Source: an uncultured bacterium
GTDB lineage: Bacteria > Oederibacteriota > JAAXVQ01 > JAUVAV01
Reading direction: 5' to 3'
Length of the DNA: 64,000 nucleotides
NCBI GenBank assembly: GCA_963710755.1
Contig: CAVQBK010000013.1
Span: 64,001-128,000 of the forward strand
Below are positions 19,724 through 30,198 of this stretch, piece by piece. The position numbers and the translations under genes are program-made. How positions within the stretch are numbered: the stretch's first letter is position 1; each line of letters starts with the position of its first letter. The notes below the pieces were generated by a model. It saw only the letters and a program-made list of their open reading frames with translations, searched no databases and had not been told where the DNA came from.

Positions 19724-20938
19724 TTATAAACGAATCGCTCGCACTGGTTTAATATGCACGGCCCTAAGCGCCGGAATAATGCTGACCAAAACAGAGGTAA
19801 AAAAGGTCACCACAGCCGGAATGAGCAGACAGCGCACATTGATCACACCCTGCATGGTGGTAATCACAATGCCCCCCATGTCCATACCCTCAGGATAGGC
19901 AATGCCATGAATGGACATGTAATAATTGATACCCAAACTGAGGATAGTACCAATGATCACCGCCAGACCGGCCAAAAAACTGGTTTCCAGCAGGATGAGT
20001 TTGAACAGGGCCCAGGGCCTGGTTCCCAAGGCTTTGAGCACCCCGTACTCACGGGTACGCTCCAAGATAGACATGAGCACTGTATTGAGCACCCCAATAG
20101 CCACGATGACAATTATAATCATCAGCGATATCCACATGCCTTCCTTATCAGCCATCATGGCCCGGTAAAAAGGCCTCTCCACCTCCTGCCAGGGCATGAC
20201 TTCCAGTTGAGGATCATTAAGTTTGGCGCTGATGGTCTTGGCGGCTTGACGCGATTCCTTAAAATTATTGAGCACCACCACCATCTCGTGCACCCGACCG
20301 GGCAATACCAGGAAATCCTGAGCGGTTTGCAGCTGCAGGTAGCAGTTGCGGCTTTCGGCCGTATTGATGCCGCCTTTGAGAATAGCCACGATTTTGAACA
20401 GGTCATTGGCAATGGACCCGTCCGCACCCTGGGCAATCAATACCAGGTCATCGCCCACTTTGGCATTGAGGACTTCCGCCAATCCTCCGCCGATCATGGC
20501 TTCCTTAGCCGGGGTTTTGCCCAGCATGTGACCCTGCCCGATTTTGTCAACGAAGTGAGTGGTTTGGGGCTCTCGCACCGGATCAATGCCCACGATTCGG
20601 GCGGCCGTGGTTTTGCTGCCGATAAAGGACAGGGCCGGCGAGAACACCCGGGGCGTCCACGATTCCACGTCCTTGACCTCCATGACTTTGCGGCCGATGG
20701 CGTCCACATCGTCAAAGTTATTAAACAAGGTAGGTTTTTCCAGGTAGCCCTTGCGATGAATCTGCACATGGCCGGTAGAAGATAAGGTAAAGGCCTCGAT
20801 GGCCCGGTCATAAGTGCCGTCGGAAATGGAAATGGACAAGGAAAGTAATACAAAACCGCCCACCATGGTCAATCCCGTCAACAGGGAGCGTCGTTTTTGA
20901 CGCAGCACATTTCGGTAGGCTATTTTGGTTAAAAACAT
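19724..20938 (-). CDS. FtsX/LolE-type ABC permease
   Basis: IAYRNV.R..RR, NT.LMS.LERTREYG.LKALG. Confidence 0.9.
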   Translation of the reverse strand: MFLTKIAYRNVLRQKRRSLLTGLTMVGGFVLLSLSISISDGTYDRAIEAFTLSSTGHVQIHRKGYLEKPTLFNNFDDVDAIGRKVMEVKDVESWTPRVFSPALSFIGSKTTAARIVGIDPVREPQTTHFVDKIGQGHMLGKTPAKEAMIGGGLAEVLNAKVGDDLVLIAQGADGSIANDLFKIVAILKGGINTAESRNCYLQLQTAQDFLVLPGRVHEMVVVLNNFKESRQAAKTISAKLNDPQLEVMPWQEVERPFYRAMMADKEGMWISLMIIIVIVAIGVLNTVLMSILERTREYGVLKALGTRPWALFKLILLETSFLAGLAVIIGTILSLGINYYMSIHGIAYPEGMDMGGIVITTMQGVINVRCLLIPAVVTFFTSVLVSIIPALRAVHIKPVRAIRL

Positions 20939-21015
20939 GGCATGGCTCCTTCCCAGTTATGGTTTGCCCTGGGCGCAAGCCCCGCAAACCAGGCGGATAA
21001 GAAGTTTGGCAAACG

Positions 21016-21777
21016 TCAAATTTTCTTCTGCAAATTGCGCAAGCTAAAGGTTGATGCCGGCACACCTTGGTCGAACACGGCCTTTTGATACTCAATCACC
21101 GTGGTGTTGCCCGGCTTGTTCAGGGGTTTGACTTCCATAATGGTGGGAATAAGACGGCCGCCCATTTTTTTAATCCCCTTGAAATCAATGCGCCGCATTT
21201 TCTTGCCTTTTTCATCGTAGTAGTCTTCACTGACAGGGATATAATCGGACTTGCGTACCACAGAGATGATCTTGCCCCATACGGTGGCGCTCTGGGCTTT
21301 GGGGATTAGTTCAATATAATAATAGTCGGGATTGGCGTCCGCCGGCGGAGCCAGGCGGGCGTTGTAATCATCGAGTAAGGTGGTTTCCTTGACCAGGTCA
21401 TCATTGGTAAAGTCCGATCCCATCCAGGAGCTCATCATCATGGACGGCGGCACTTTCATGACTTTGTCGATTTTGGGAAAGTAATTCCACATTTCCTTGT
21501 CCACCCGCAGCGTGGCCACGCCGCGGTCTTTGGCCGGTTCCAGGATACGGATGAAGGTTTTTTTCATGCCTTGGGACCAGATGTCCATGGTCAGGGTGCG
21601 TTGGTAATGGGGATTGACAATGCGCATTACCATGCGGGCGTAGCTGTTGTCGGCACGGTAGAGTTTGTCGACTTTTTTGACAATGGCATCGACTTCAGCG
21701 CTGGTTTCGGCAATAGTGATAGCGCTGAGACTGAGCAGGCAGAGGGATACGGCTAAAGCGCTTACGATTCGTTTCAT
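21016..21777 (-). CDS. Outer-membrane lipoprotein-sorting (LolA-like) periplasmic protein
   Basis: Signal peptide, P..DRG...L, W.Y.P, SWMGSDF..DDL; GGAGG RBS before 21777. Confidence 0.88.
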   Translation of the reverse strand: MKRIVSALAVSLCLLSLSAITIAETSAEVDAIVKKVDKLYRADNSYARMVMRIVNPHYQRTLTMDIWSQGMKKTFIRILEPAKDRGVATLRVDKEMWNYFPKIDKVMKVPPSMMMSSWMGSDFTNDDLVKETTLLDDYNARLAPPADANPDYYYIELIPKAQSATVWGKIISVVRKSDYIPVSEDYYDEKGKKMRRIDFKGIKKMGGRLIPTIMEVKPLNKPGNTTVIEYQKAVFDQGVPASTFSLRNLQKKI

Positions 21778-21945
21778 GAGGAGCACCTCCCGCAGGGTAT
21801 GAAAAACAGGACAGCTTGAGTTGCAAATCAGTATGCCATTATTGGCTGAAGGCGTCAAATTTTTATTGGCGAGTGATGGGACTTATGGTGAGGCATTACA
21901 TGGCTGTCGGGTGAATACCGTTTCTGTGCAGATCATCACTATAGC

Positions 21946-22331
21946 TTAACCGATTAAAGCAGCAGACCAATCATAAACTTTATTAGCCAACTCAATCGCC
22001 TTTTTATACTCCTCTGCATTAACCTTTTCCCATTCGCCAGGATAGCGAGCGGTAATGGCATAGTCCGTTAAATGGAAGCAGCGTTGATTTCAGGCGGAAT
22101 AATAAGCTGACTACTTAAAGTTTCCATCAGTAGTTTAATATTGTGAGTTTTAGGGACTTCCAGATGATACTTCACTAACAAAGCTTTAATTGATTTTTCA
22201 GCCGCTTGTTGTGCATGATAACAAAGCGTATCCAACAATATTTCTTCCGAAGTTCGGTTGGAAGCAATAAGCAAATCGCTTTTGGCATGTTTTAGCCAAG
22301 CTTTAGGTTCACCAGCTTGCGGTTCAGGCAT
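21946..22331 (-). pseudogene. HEPN-domain protein with a 1-bp frameshift
   Basis: W...A..DL, CYHAQQAAEK..KA.L, PKTH; premature TAA at 22068; another frame continues TDYAITARYPGE...DWSAALIG* to 21946. Confidence 0.8.
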
Positions 22332-22641
22332 TATAAAGGGGCTTCCCTTCTTCGAGAACAGACTTGTATATCAAACTGGAATTATCCTTGTTTTTTTCCA
22401 TGTCCTGTTCTGTGGCAACCACAATTTCATAAGGAATCTTTATACCTTCAATATGCTGGTACAAATGTTGTGCCGTGTGCCGGCGATGGGTGCCTTCCGG
22501 CATGACAACCATAATATCAAGATCGCTGTCAGCGTGCATCTCCCCTCTTGCGGCCGATCCGAAAAGGATAATCTTCAACGGATGGACAAGCTCAATGATC
22601 TTACACTTTAATTGTTCCAAAACTTGATAATCAGGACTCAT
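22324..22641 (-). CDS. Minimal nucleotidyltransferase (MNT) antitoxin
   Basis: LFGS.ARG....DSDLDI; overlaps the HEPN start; likely start MSPDY at 22641. Confidence 0.88.
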   Translation of the reverse strand: MSPDYQVLEQLKCKIIELVHPLKIILFGSAARGEMHADSDLDIMVVMPEGTHRRHTAQHLYQHIEGIKIPYEIVVATEQDMEKNKDNSSLIYKSVLEEGKPLYNA

Positions 22642-23174
22642 ATTAGCCTCTGAGATGTAATAAATCGCGGATTTATTATACATCGATTTATTAGATGATG
22701 GGATGAATTTTTCTTCTTTGTCTTCATGACTTTATAACGACTTTATTCACCGGATAGTTAATCAGGTATCCACCAGATGACGGAATTAAAATAGATATTT
22801 CTTGCTTCCCATCCTCACCTCTTCCACCACCGCCAGTTCAATCACCCCTCTCAAACACCACATCAGCTCCTGCAGCATCCCCATATCCATATCTTCCGGG
22901 AAGACGGCCACGGGGTTTCGCTCCATTAAAACTGTATAAGCCCCCCAATGAACGACAGGAATCTCATTGAGCAGGATACGGTTATCAATAGTCACCCGGG
23001 CAACGCCGGCAATGGCCTATAGATGAGAATGACTGGGGTGGATGGTGATGGAGAGGTTGGGGGTATAGGTCATGGAATGACTCCAATCAATGCGTTTTGT
23101 CATTCGTGAGTATGCTCATGTTGTTAGAGATCGGTGCCAGCCACCTTTTCAAGCAAGTAATATGGGAAGTCATT

Positions 23175-25190
23175 TCAGCGGATAATAGCCAGCTTGGTGG
23201 ACGCCCGTTCACAGCGGCCATCCTTGGTCCGCGTATCAATATAAAGGATATACCCCCCCGGGCGCAGCCGATTGCCCTGACTGTCGCGGCAGTCAAAGGC
23301 CCATTGATACTGCTGGCCGAAAGCCTGTCCAATCTGCTCTCCACAATCATGCCTCAATAGTATATCTCCCAAATAGTTATATATTGATATTTTGACCGAT
23401 GCATTTTCATAGAGACAGTAGTAGACATTTAACTGAGGCTTGCTCAAGGCGCAAGGATTGGGATAGACATGCACATTCGCAAGGGTTTGGGACGGTGCGG
23501 GTACGGAAGTATGACTGGGGATAGGTGTAACGGACGAGGTCAGCGTGGGGATGGGCGAAAAGACCATGGTCTGGGTAGGAGAAACCGTCAGGGTTGGTGA
23601 AGGGGTGGAAGTTAGCGTTGCTGTTCCTGTGTCAATAGGCGAAGCCGTTACGGTCCCGGTCGGTGAAGGAGTAAGTGTAGGTGAACCGATAGGCGTTTCC
23701 GTGACCGATGGGGTGAACGTAGGCGTGGCGGTGGGCGATGGCGTAAAGCTTGGTGAAAAGGTAATGGTCGCAGTGGGTGTTGCCGTGGGGGTAATGGTGC
23801 AGGTTTCGGTGACGGTAGCCGTTAGGAATGATTCGTTGATGGTAACAATAGAACAATCAGTGCCTGAAACAAAAGCATTAAGCGGAGTGCCCCAAGTGGC
23901 GCTGCTCGACCCGGTGACAATGACATGACCAAGTCCATCCAAGGCAATACCAGTTCCGAAATCATCGCCGCTTCCCCCTAAAAACATATGCCAGTTATAA
24001 ATACCGGCGCTGGTTAATTTGATCACCAGTATATCTTCACCAGCCGTATAGGCTCTGTCAGGAACTCCCCAATCAGCTGTGCTTTTACCTTCCAAATAAA
24101 TCGCCGGCTCACCCTCTTCATAAATCATGCCGTCCACGTCGTCAGAGCCCGTCCCTCCAATAAAGGTATGCCATTGTAGTGCCCCGGCTGGATTCAATTT
24201 TGCAATAAAGCCATCCAACCCGCCGTGATGGCCTTCGATGGGTGTTCCCCAGGTGGCCCCGGAAGTGCCAAGGGCATAAACATTTCCCGCACTATCTGTT
24301 TTTAAAGTAGTTCCATAATCATTGCCAGCGCCCGGACCAGGTCCGCCCAGAAACGTATTCCAAACATAAAATCCATTATGATCAATTTTGGCAGCATAAG
24401 CATCATAGGCACTTCCCGAATAAGCACGAACGGGGGTGCCCCAAGTACCATTACTAAAGCCGATAATATGTGAATTGGCACTGCCATCCAAACTGATGCC
24501 ACCCACACTATTATCCGCCCCATTACCGGCAGTAAAGGTACTCCAAATTAACGACCCACTGTTGTTCAATCTCGCAATAAAAATATTGACGCCGGTTGTA
24601 AACGGTTGCACCGGTGTCCCCCAGGTGGTATCACTATCACCGGTAATAAAAATATCACCGGTGCTTGGATCAATATCCAATCCCCGGCCGCGGTCGCGGC
24701 CGGGGCCACCGATAAAGGTATGCCAAATCAGGTTCCCATTCAAATCAAGTTTGGCCACAAAAGCATCGAAATTGCCACCATAGGCTTGCAAAGGTGTTCC
24801 CCAACTGGCATTACACATCCCGGTAATATAGATATGATTATCAAAATTTGAATAAGCGATACCAGTAGAATAATCCGTTCCCGTACCGCCTAAAAAAGTA
24901 TGCCAAATCAGCGTACCGTCAGGTGTTAGTTTTGAGACCGACAAATCAGCACCACCACTGTAAGGCAGAATAGGCGTTCCCCAATCAGCATCGCAATAGG
25001 CCGTTATATAGATATTTTTACTGGTATCCAACGTGACGTCATCAGCGCCATCGCCGCCAGAGCCGCCTAAAAAAGTATTCCAAGATATTGTGACAGCACC
25101 TGAATCAATAGGATTAATAGAACCTATTAAAGCGATTAAAAGCAAGCTGGTGCAAATCTGTTTAATCTTTACTGCTAATTTTGGCACCAT
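23175..25190 (-). CDS. Secreted SBBP beta-propeller protein with T/P linker and T9SS-like/FlgD-Ig C-terminal domain
   Basis: Signal peptide, W(N/H)TF.GG repeats, T/P linker, YPNP..IYNYLG..GGY..KLAIIR. Confidence 0.87.
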   Translation of the reverse strand: MVPKLAVKIKQICTSLLLIALIGSINPIDSGAVTISWNTFLGGSGGDGADDVTLDTSKNIYITAYCDADWGTPILPYSGGADLSVSKLTPDGTLIWHTFLGGTGTDYSTGIAYSNFDNHIYITGMCNASWGTPLQAYGGNFDAFVAKLDLNGNLIWHTFIGGPGRDRGRGLDIDPSTGDIFITGDSDTTWGTPVQPFTTGVNIFIARLNNSGSLIWSTFTAGNGADNSVGGISLDGSANSHIIGFSNGTWGTPVRAYSGSAYDAYAAKIDHNGFYVWNTFLGGPGPGAGNDYGTTLKTDSAGNVYALGTSGATWGTPIEGHHGGLDGFIAKLNPAGALQWHTFIGGTGSDDVDGMIYEEGEPAIYLEGKSTADWGVPDRAYTAGEDILVIKLTSAGIYNWHMFLGGSGDDFGTGIALDGLGHVIVTGSSSATWGTPLNAFVSGTDCSIVTINESFLTATVTETCTITPTATPTATITFSPSFTPSPTATPTFTPSVTETPIGSPTLTPSPTGTVTASPIDTGTATLTSTPSPTLTVSPTQTMVFSPIPTLTSSVTPIPSHTSVPAPSQTLANVHVYPNPCALSKPQLNVYYCLYENASVKISIYNYLGDILLRHDCGEQIGQAFGQQYQWAFDCRDSQGNRLRPGGYILYIDTRTKDGRCERASTKLAIIR

Positions 25191-25841
25191 AATGATTCCT
25201 AAACACTGGTTATTTGGTTGGGTTTAGTGTAGTGCCTCCAACGCTTTTTTACGTTTTCGTTCATGCCTCACCTGTTACCCCGCCACACTTGCAGCCCGAG
25301 CCCGGGAATTTTTATCATCGCCAAGTGCGTTTTCTGGTCCCGGCTACAAGCATGTTGGGATGAAGTAAGTCAATTAATTTATGAGGTACTGCACCAAGTT
25401 ATCAACCCCATCTTGCTTTCCCTAATGTCCGCATCTTATGAAATATCACGAAGGATATTCCTTTTTATGGTCATCGCGAGGTTACACCCTATTGTCTTCA
25501 AGACCGAAAACAACACCGCTATTGATTCCCTCTGTATTTTTATTCTCGGCCTGTTCCCATGGGTATATAACCAATTATCCCGATCTTTTTCGTCCCTTTT
25601 TCAGGCAACAACGCCCCGCTATAATAGCCCTAATGCGACGAGTACAACACGGCCTCATAGGCGAGCTGAAAGAGGTATAGAAACACCTCTAGACGGGGTG
25701 TTTCTATACGGACGAAAAAAGTCATTAAAAAGAAGAATTAGCTCAGGACATAAGGAGCAAAAAGGTTACTAATATAATGGTGGATCAAAACAAAGTAATT
25801 GCGAAGGGAAAGGGTCTTTATTACCTTTTGAGAGGGGGGGT

Positions 25842-26813
25842 ATGATGAGACTCAGAATAAATCTGATAAAACGAAAAGCGTATTATCTAGAAGCCATGCT
25901 GATTTTGTTTTTGCTGGGAGGTCCAAGTTTCCAAGGTTATATGACAATGCCCAAAACCAACCAATCCTTATGGCCCACCACAGAAGTGAAGCCAAAGGCA
26001 GACATGTCCTCGCCCCATCAACAGATGCTCCAGGCTTTCAAAAGCAATAACTATGTGGTGATCAACAATATTTTCGATAATCTGCACAGCGACTGGCCTA
26101 TTGATTACATTAAAGCCGTGGCCTGGGTGGAGAGCGGTTGGAAACAATTCGACCGTAGGGGTCGGCCCATGGTGAGTTATGTCAGAACCAATCCTGCTGA
26201 TTATCCGCATGACGGCGGTGACTGGGGCATCATGCAGATTAATCTGGGCAGAGGTGGGTTGAACAGAAACAACTGGAATATTGACAAGGTGAAACAAGAT
26301 CCCCTGTACAACATCAAAGCCGGTATGTCTGTTTTGGACAGCAAGAAGAAATATCTGTGGCGGTTGAAGCAGCGTGATGATTGGCAGGACCTGCAGTCCC
26401 GGTATAATCTCCATGGACGCAGCCATATGGCCATGGTGCTCAAAGCTTACAATGGTATGCAGCCCTCATGGTCTTACGTGCTGCGCGTGGAAGAGGCCCT
26501 GAAAACCAAACCCTGGATGGCGGCCATCAAGCGCCAAGCCGCCCTGAATCCTGTGCGTGTCACCCTGCTGACCGAAACCACACCGACCGACCATGCCCGT
26601 CAATCCCGAGGACTCATGCCCAGACAGTGGTTTATTTTCCCCAATACCATTGCCGGTCATGAGCGTGAGCAGTATATGGCTATTAGTAATGCCATTCAAA
26701 GCAACCACTATTTTGTCATTCACATTCAGGACAAACCCCTGGCCAAGCACCCTGGCCGCAAACAGGTTCCTCATCACAAGGTGCATAACCATACCCGCTA
26801 TGCGGAACGGTGA
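25842..26813 (+). CDS. Lytic transglycosylase (SLT-domain) protein
   Basis: AVAWVES (catalytic Glu), GIMQIN, P..NI.AG, AYNG motifs. Confidence 0.8.
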   Translation: MMRLRINLIKRKAYYLEAMLILFLLGGPSFQGYMTMPKTNQSLWPTTEVKPKADMSSPHQQMLQAFKSNNYVVINNIFDNLHSDWPIDYIKAVAWVESGWKQFDRRGRPMVSYVRTNPADYPHDGGDWGIMQINLGRGGLNRNNWNIDKVKQDPLYNIKAGMSVLDSKKKYLWRLKQRDDWQDLQSRYNLHGRSHMAMVLKAYNGMQPSWSYVLRVEEALKTKPWMAAIKRQAALNPVRVTLLTETTPTDHARQSRGLMPRQWFIFPNTIAGHEREQYMAISNAIQSNHYFVIHIQDKPLAKHPGRKQVPHHKVHNHTRYAER

Positions 26814-26831
26814 GGATAAGTGCCGATATTC

Positions 26832-28175
26832 CTAGGCTTTTTGCTTAGCCGTTTCTTTGACCATCGTCATTAATAGCACCATGGAGATCAAGGCCACCAA
26901 AGCGCCAAAACCAAAGGCCACCAAGCCGCCGTAACCTGGATAAAGATGATCAAAGAAACTGTATAAGAATCCAAAAATCAGGCTGGCCGGCAGGGCGCCC
27001 AGTCCAATGGCGAAATTGTACATGCCAAAGGCACTGCCCCGTCGTTGTTCCCCCACCATATCGGCGACAAAAGCTTTTTCCGCGCCTTCCGTAAAAGCAT
27101 AGTACAGGGCGTAAACCGCAAAGAGGATAAACGTGGCCAATACCTGCCAATGGGACGGTAAAAAAATCAACAAGGCGAAGGCACTATACACCAAAGCATA
27201 GACCGCCCAGCCGATGTTAATCACAATTTTGCGGCCAATGCGATCGGAGAGTGCGCCAAAGGGCGTGGAAAAAATCACTTTGATCACATGAAAAAAGGCC
27301 CAGATGAGGGGCAAAAACAGAATATTGATGACCTCGGCTTGGGTTTTAACATTTCCAAACCCGGCCACCAATTGTTGCAGCATGGGGATGGAATCCACCA
27401 ATTTGACCACTGCCCCGCTTCTGTGGATGGCTTCTTCCACCCGAAACAGCAAAAAAGCATCCGACGAATTGCCCAAGGTAAACAGAGTCACCACCATCAG
27501 ATAATGAAGGAAGTTCCTGTCGAATTGTTTGAGTGAAAATTTAAAGACTTTTGCTTTACCCGCGGCGGGAGCGGTTTCACGGACAAAAAAGATAATGGTC
27601 ATAATCGCCAACAGGCCCGGTATAAGGGATAGGAAAAAGGTCCAGCGCAACGTCAGCAGCACGTTGTGCATATGAAACCCCACCAACAGTACCAGCAACA
27701 CGGCAATGGCCATGAAAGGACCAATCACCGCCCCGGCGTGATCCATGGCCCGGTGAAATCCATAGGATTTGCCGCGGCTATCTTCGCTGACCACGGAAGC
27801 AATTAGAGCATCACGGGGCGCTGTGCGGATGCCTTTGCCCACCCGGTCGAGCATGCGCACAAAAATAATCTGCCAGGCAGCCGACACCAGACCGGTCAAA
27901 GGCCTGATCAAGGAAGACAAACCGTATCCAATCAGCACCAACAGTTTTCTTTTGGCCAATTTGTCCGATAAAACACCCCCCGCCAGCTTAAGCATGGCAG
28001 CCGTGGTCTCGGCCACGCCTTCGATCACGCCAAGGATGATAGCGCCTGCGCCCAGCCCGGCCACGTAAATGGGAATGAGCGGATAGATCATCTCCGTGGC
28101 TGCATCGGTAAACAAACTCACCAAACCCAGCATGACCACGGTAAAGGGAATGGTTTTTTTTACTTGATTATTCAT
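26832..28175 (-). CDS. MFS transporter
   Basis: About 12 TM helices, G.LSD...RK, R..DR.GKG.R.APRDA. Confidence 0.92.
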   Translation of the reverse strand: MNNQVKKTIPFTVVMLGLVSLFTDAATEMIYPLIPIYVAGLGAGAIILGVIEGVAETTAAMLKLAGGVLSDKLAKRKLLVLIGYGLSSLIRPLTGLVSAAWQIIFVRMLDRVGKGIRTAPRDALIASVVSEDSRGKSYGFHRAMDHAGAVIGPFMAIAVLLVLLVGFHMHNVLLTLRWTFFLSLIPGLLAIMTIIFFVRETAPAAGKAKVFKFSLKQFDRNFLHYLMVVTLFTLGNSSDAFLLFRVEEAIHRSGAVVKLVDSIPMLQQLVAGFGNVKTQAEVINILFLPLIWAFFHVIKVIFSTPFGALSDRIGRKIVINIGWAVYALVYSAFALLIFLPSHWQVLATFILFAVYALYYAFTEGAEKAFVADMVGEQRRGSAFGMYNFAIGLGALPASLIFGFLYSFFDHLYPGYGGLVAFGFGALVALISMVLLMTMVKETAKQKA

Positions 28176-28287
28176 TGAAAACGCCCCTTTTTGAATTGAT
28201 CCTGCTGTTCCTTAATCAATACCCGGGGGATACATTACCCAGACCGATAAAGGAACTAGATGATGTGATGGTCGCAAACTTATAGTC

Positions 28288-30198
28288 CTATATAGCTTGC
28301 CCCAAAAACTGGGCCTGATAAAGCTCAGCGTAGAACCCTTTTTTATCGAGTAATTCCTGATGAGAACCGGTTTCCACAATCTTACCTTCATTCATGACCA
28401 GAATGGTCTGGGCATCGCGGATAGTGGAAAGCCGGTGGGCAATGACAAAAGAGGTCCTGCCCTCCATCAAGGTCTGCATAGCCTGTTGGATGAGCAGTTC
28501 GGTGCGCGTATCCACATTGGACGTGGCCTCATCCAGAATTAGGATCTTGGGATCCGCCAGCAGGGCCCGAGCCAGGGTAATCAACTGTTTTTCCCCGGCT
28601 GATATATTGGCCGCCTCTTCATTTAATAAGGTCTGATAACCGTCGGGAAGGGCTCGGATAAAGTGGTCAGCATGAGCGGCCTGGGCCGCGGCCACGATGG
28701 CTTCCTGGGTGGCACCGGGCCGGCCATAGGCAATGTTGTCACCAATAGTGCCCTGAAAAAGCCAGGAATCTTGCAATACCATGCCAAAATGACGGCGCAA
28801 GACACTGCGGCGATAGTCCTGGATATTGTGATCATTGACCTCGATGACGCCACCCCCAATGTCATAAAAGCGCATGAGCAGATTGACCAAGGTGGTTTTG
28901 CCGGCACCTGTAGGCCCTACAATGGCCACGGTCTGGCCGGGCTTCACGGCCAGGTTAAGATTTTCAAACAAAGGCTTTTCCGGCAGGTAGCCAAAGCGCA
29001 CCTTATCCAAGAGCACCCCGCCCTCCCCTTCTATCTGCGTCAGGGTATCGCCTGCATCAGCCGGTTCTTCCTGCTCGTCGAGGATCTGGAAGATACGCTC
29101 ACCCGAGGCCACGGCGGACTGGAGCAAATTGATCATAGCCGCGCTCTGAGCCACGGGTTGGGTGAACATGCGGATATATTGAATAAACGCCTGCACATCC
29201 CCCAAGGTGAGGGTGCGCTTGGCCACCATCATGCCCCCGGCCACGCACACGGCCACATAGCCCAGGTTGCTGATAAAATTCATGAGTGGAAATATAAAAC
29301 CCGAAATGAACTGCGCCTTCCAACCGGCATCGTAAAGGCGCTGATTGATATCCTCGAAGCGCGCCAGGGATTGGGCTTCATAGCCAAAGGCCTTGACCAC
29401 GCCATGGCCGCTGAGCATTTCCTCCACATGGCCGTTAAGCTCGCCCAGGGACCGCTGCTGGGCAATGAAATAACGCTGCGAGGTACGGGCAATAAGCATG
29501 GTGGCCAGAAAGGACAGAGGCAGGGTAATGATGGTGATTAAAAACAACATGGGACTGATAATGAGCATCATGGTCGAAGCGCCCAGAATACCGATCGCCG
29601 ACGAGATCAACTGCGGCAGACCTTGCTGCAGGATATTGTTGATGTTATCCACATCATTGGTGGCCCGGCTCATAATGTCACCGTGGCTGTGTCCGTCGTA
29701 AAACTTAAGCGGCAGGCGGGCCAGTTTTTCATCGATGTGCTTGCGCAGGAGATATACGGTTTTTTGCGCGATCACCGCCAGGGAACGCTGCACAATATAA
29801 GTAAAAGAGGCACTAAGCGTATACAAGCCCACCAAAGCCAACAACACGCGGATCAGGTAATGATGGTCAATCCTGGCCCCGGCCACATGGCCCAGCAGGT
29901 CCGTGGTTTCCTTGAAAAGCCGGGTAATGGCCAGACCAAGCACTTTGGGCGCCACCGTGGTCAGCAGGGTGCTGATGACCATGAGTCCAAAAAGCAGCAG
30001 CAACTGCCCGGCATAGGGGCGCAGATAAGCAGCCAGCCGTTTGACCGTGCCTTTAAAATCCTTGGCTTTTTCCGCGGGCCTGCCCAAGGTACGCATATGC
30101 CCGCCGCCACCTGGTCCGGCCCCGCCGAACATACCCCGGCCCTGAGGGGACGAAGACGATGGTTTGTTACCTCCTGAGGAAGGCGGTTGGGGGCTCAT
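28288..30198 (-). CDS. ABC exporter TMD-NBD subunit (heterodimer partner)
   Basis: TMD plus GPTGAGKTT, LILDEATS. Confidence 0.93.
   Translation of the reverse strand: MSPQPPSSGGNKPSSSSPQGRGMFGGAGPGGGGHMRTLGRPAEKAKDFKGTVKRLAAYLRPYAGQLLLLFGLMVISTLLTTVAPKVLGLAITRLFKETTDLLGHVAGARIDHHYLIRVLLALVGLYTLSASFTYIVQRSLAVIAQKTVYLLRKHIDEKLARLPLKFYDGHSHGDIMSRATNDVDNINNILQQGLPQLISSAIGILGASTMMLIISPMLFLITIITLPLSFLATMLIARTSQRYFIAQQRSLGELNGHVEEMLSGHGVVKAFGYEAQSLARFEDINQRLYDAGWKAQFISGFIFPLMNFISNLGYVAVCVAGGMMVAKRTLTLGDVQAFIQYIRMFTQPVAQSAAMINLLQSAVASGERIFQILDEQEEPADAGDTLTQIEGEGGVLLDKVRFGYLPEKPLFENLNLAVKPGQTVAIVGPTGAGKTTLVNLLMRFYDIGGGVIEVNDHNIQDYRRSVLRRHFGMVLQDSWLFQGTIGDNIAYGRPGATQEAIVAAAQAAHADHFIRALPDGYQTLLNEEAANISAGEKQLITLARALLADPKILILDEATSNVDTRTELLIQQAMQTLMEGRTSFVIAHRLSTIRDAQTILVMNEGKIVETGSHQELLDKKGFYAELYQAQFLGQAI

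Noticed and set aside
19754-20785. 343-aa plus-strand ORF and similar long antisense ORFs (e.g. 28663..29541)
   Set aside because: Antisense shadows of well-supported ABC genes
22786-22995. 69-aa ORF between MNT and the SBBP gene
   Set aside because: No recognisable motif or convincing RBS
25263-25772. 169-aa plus-strand ORF in the intergenic region
   Set aside because: Non-protein-like composition, no RBS or motif
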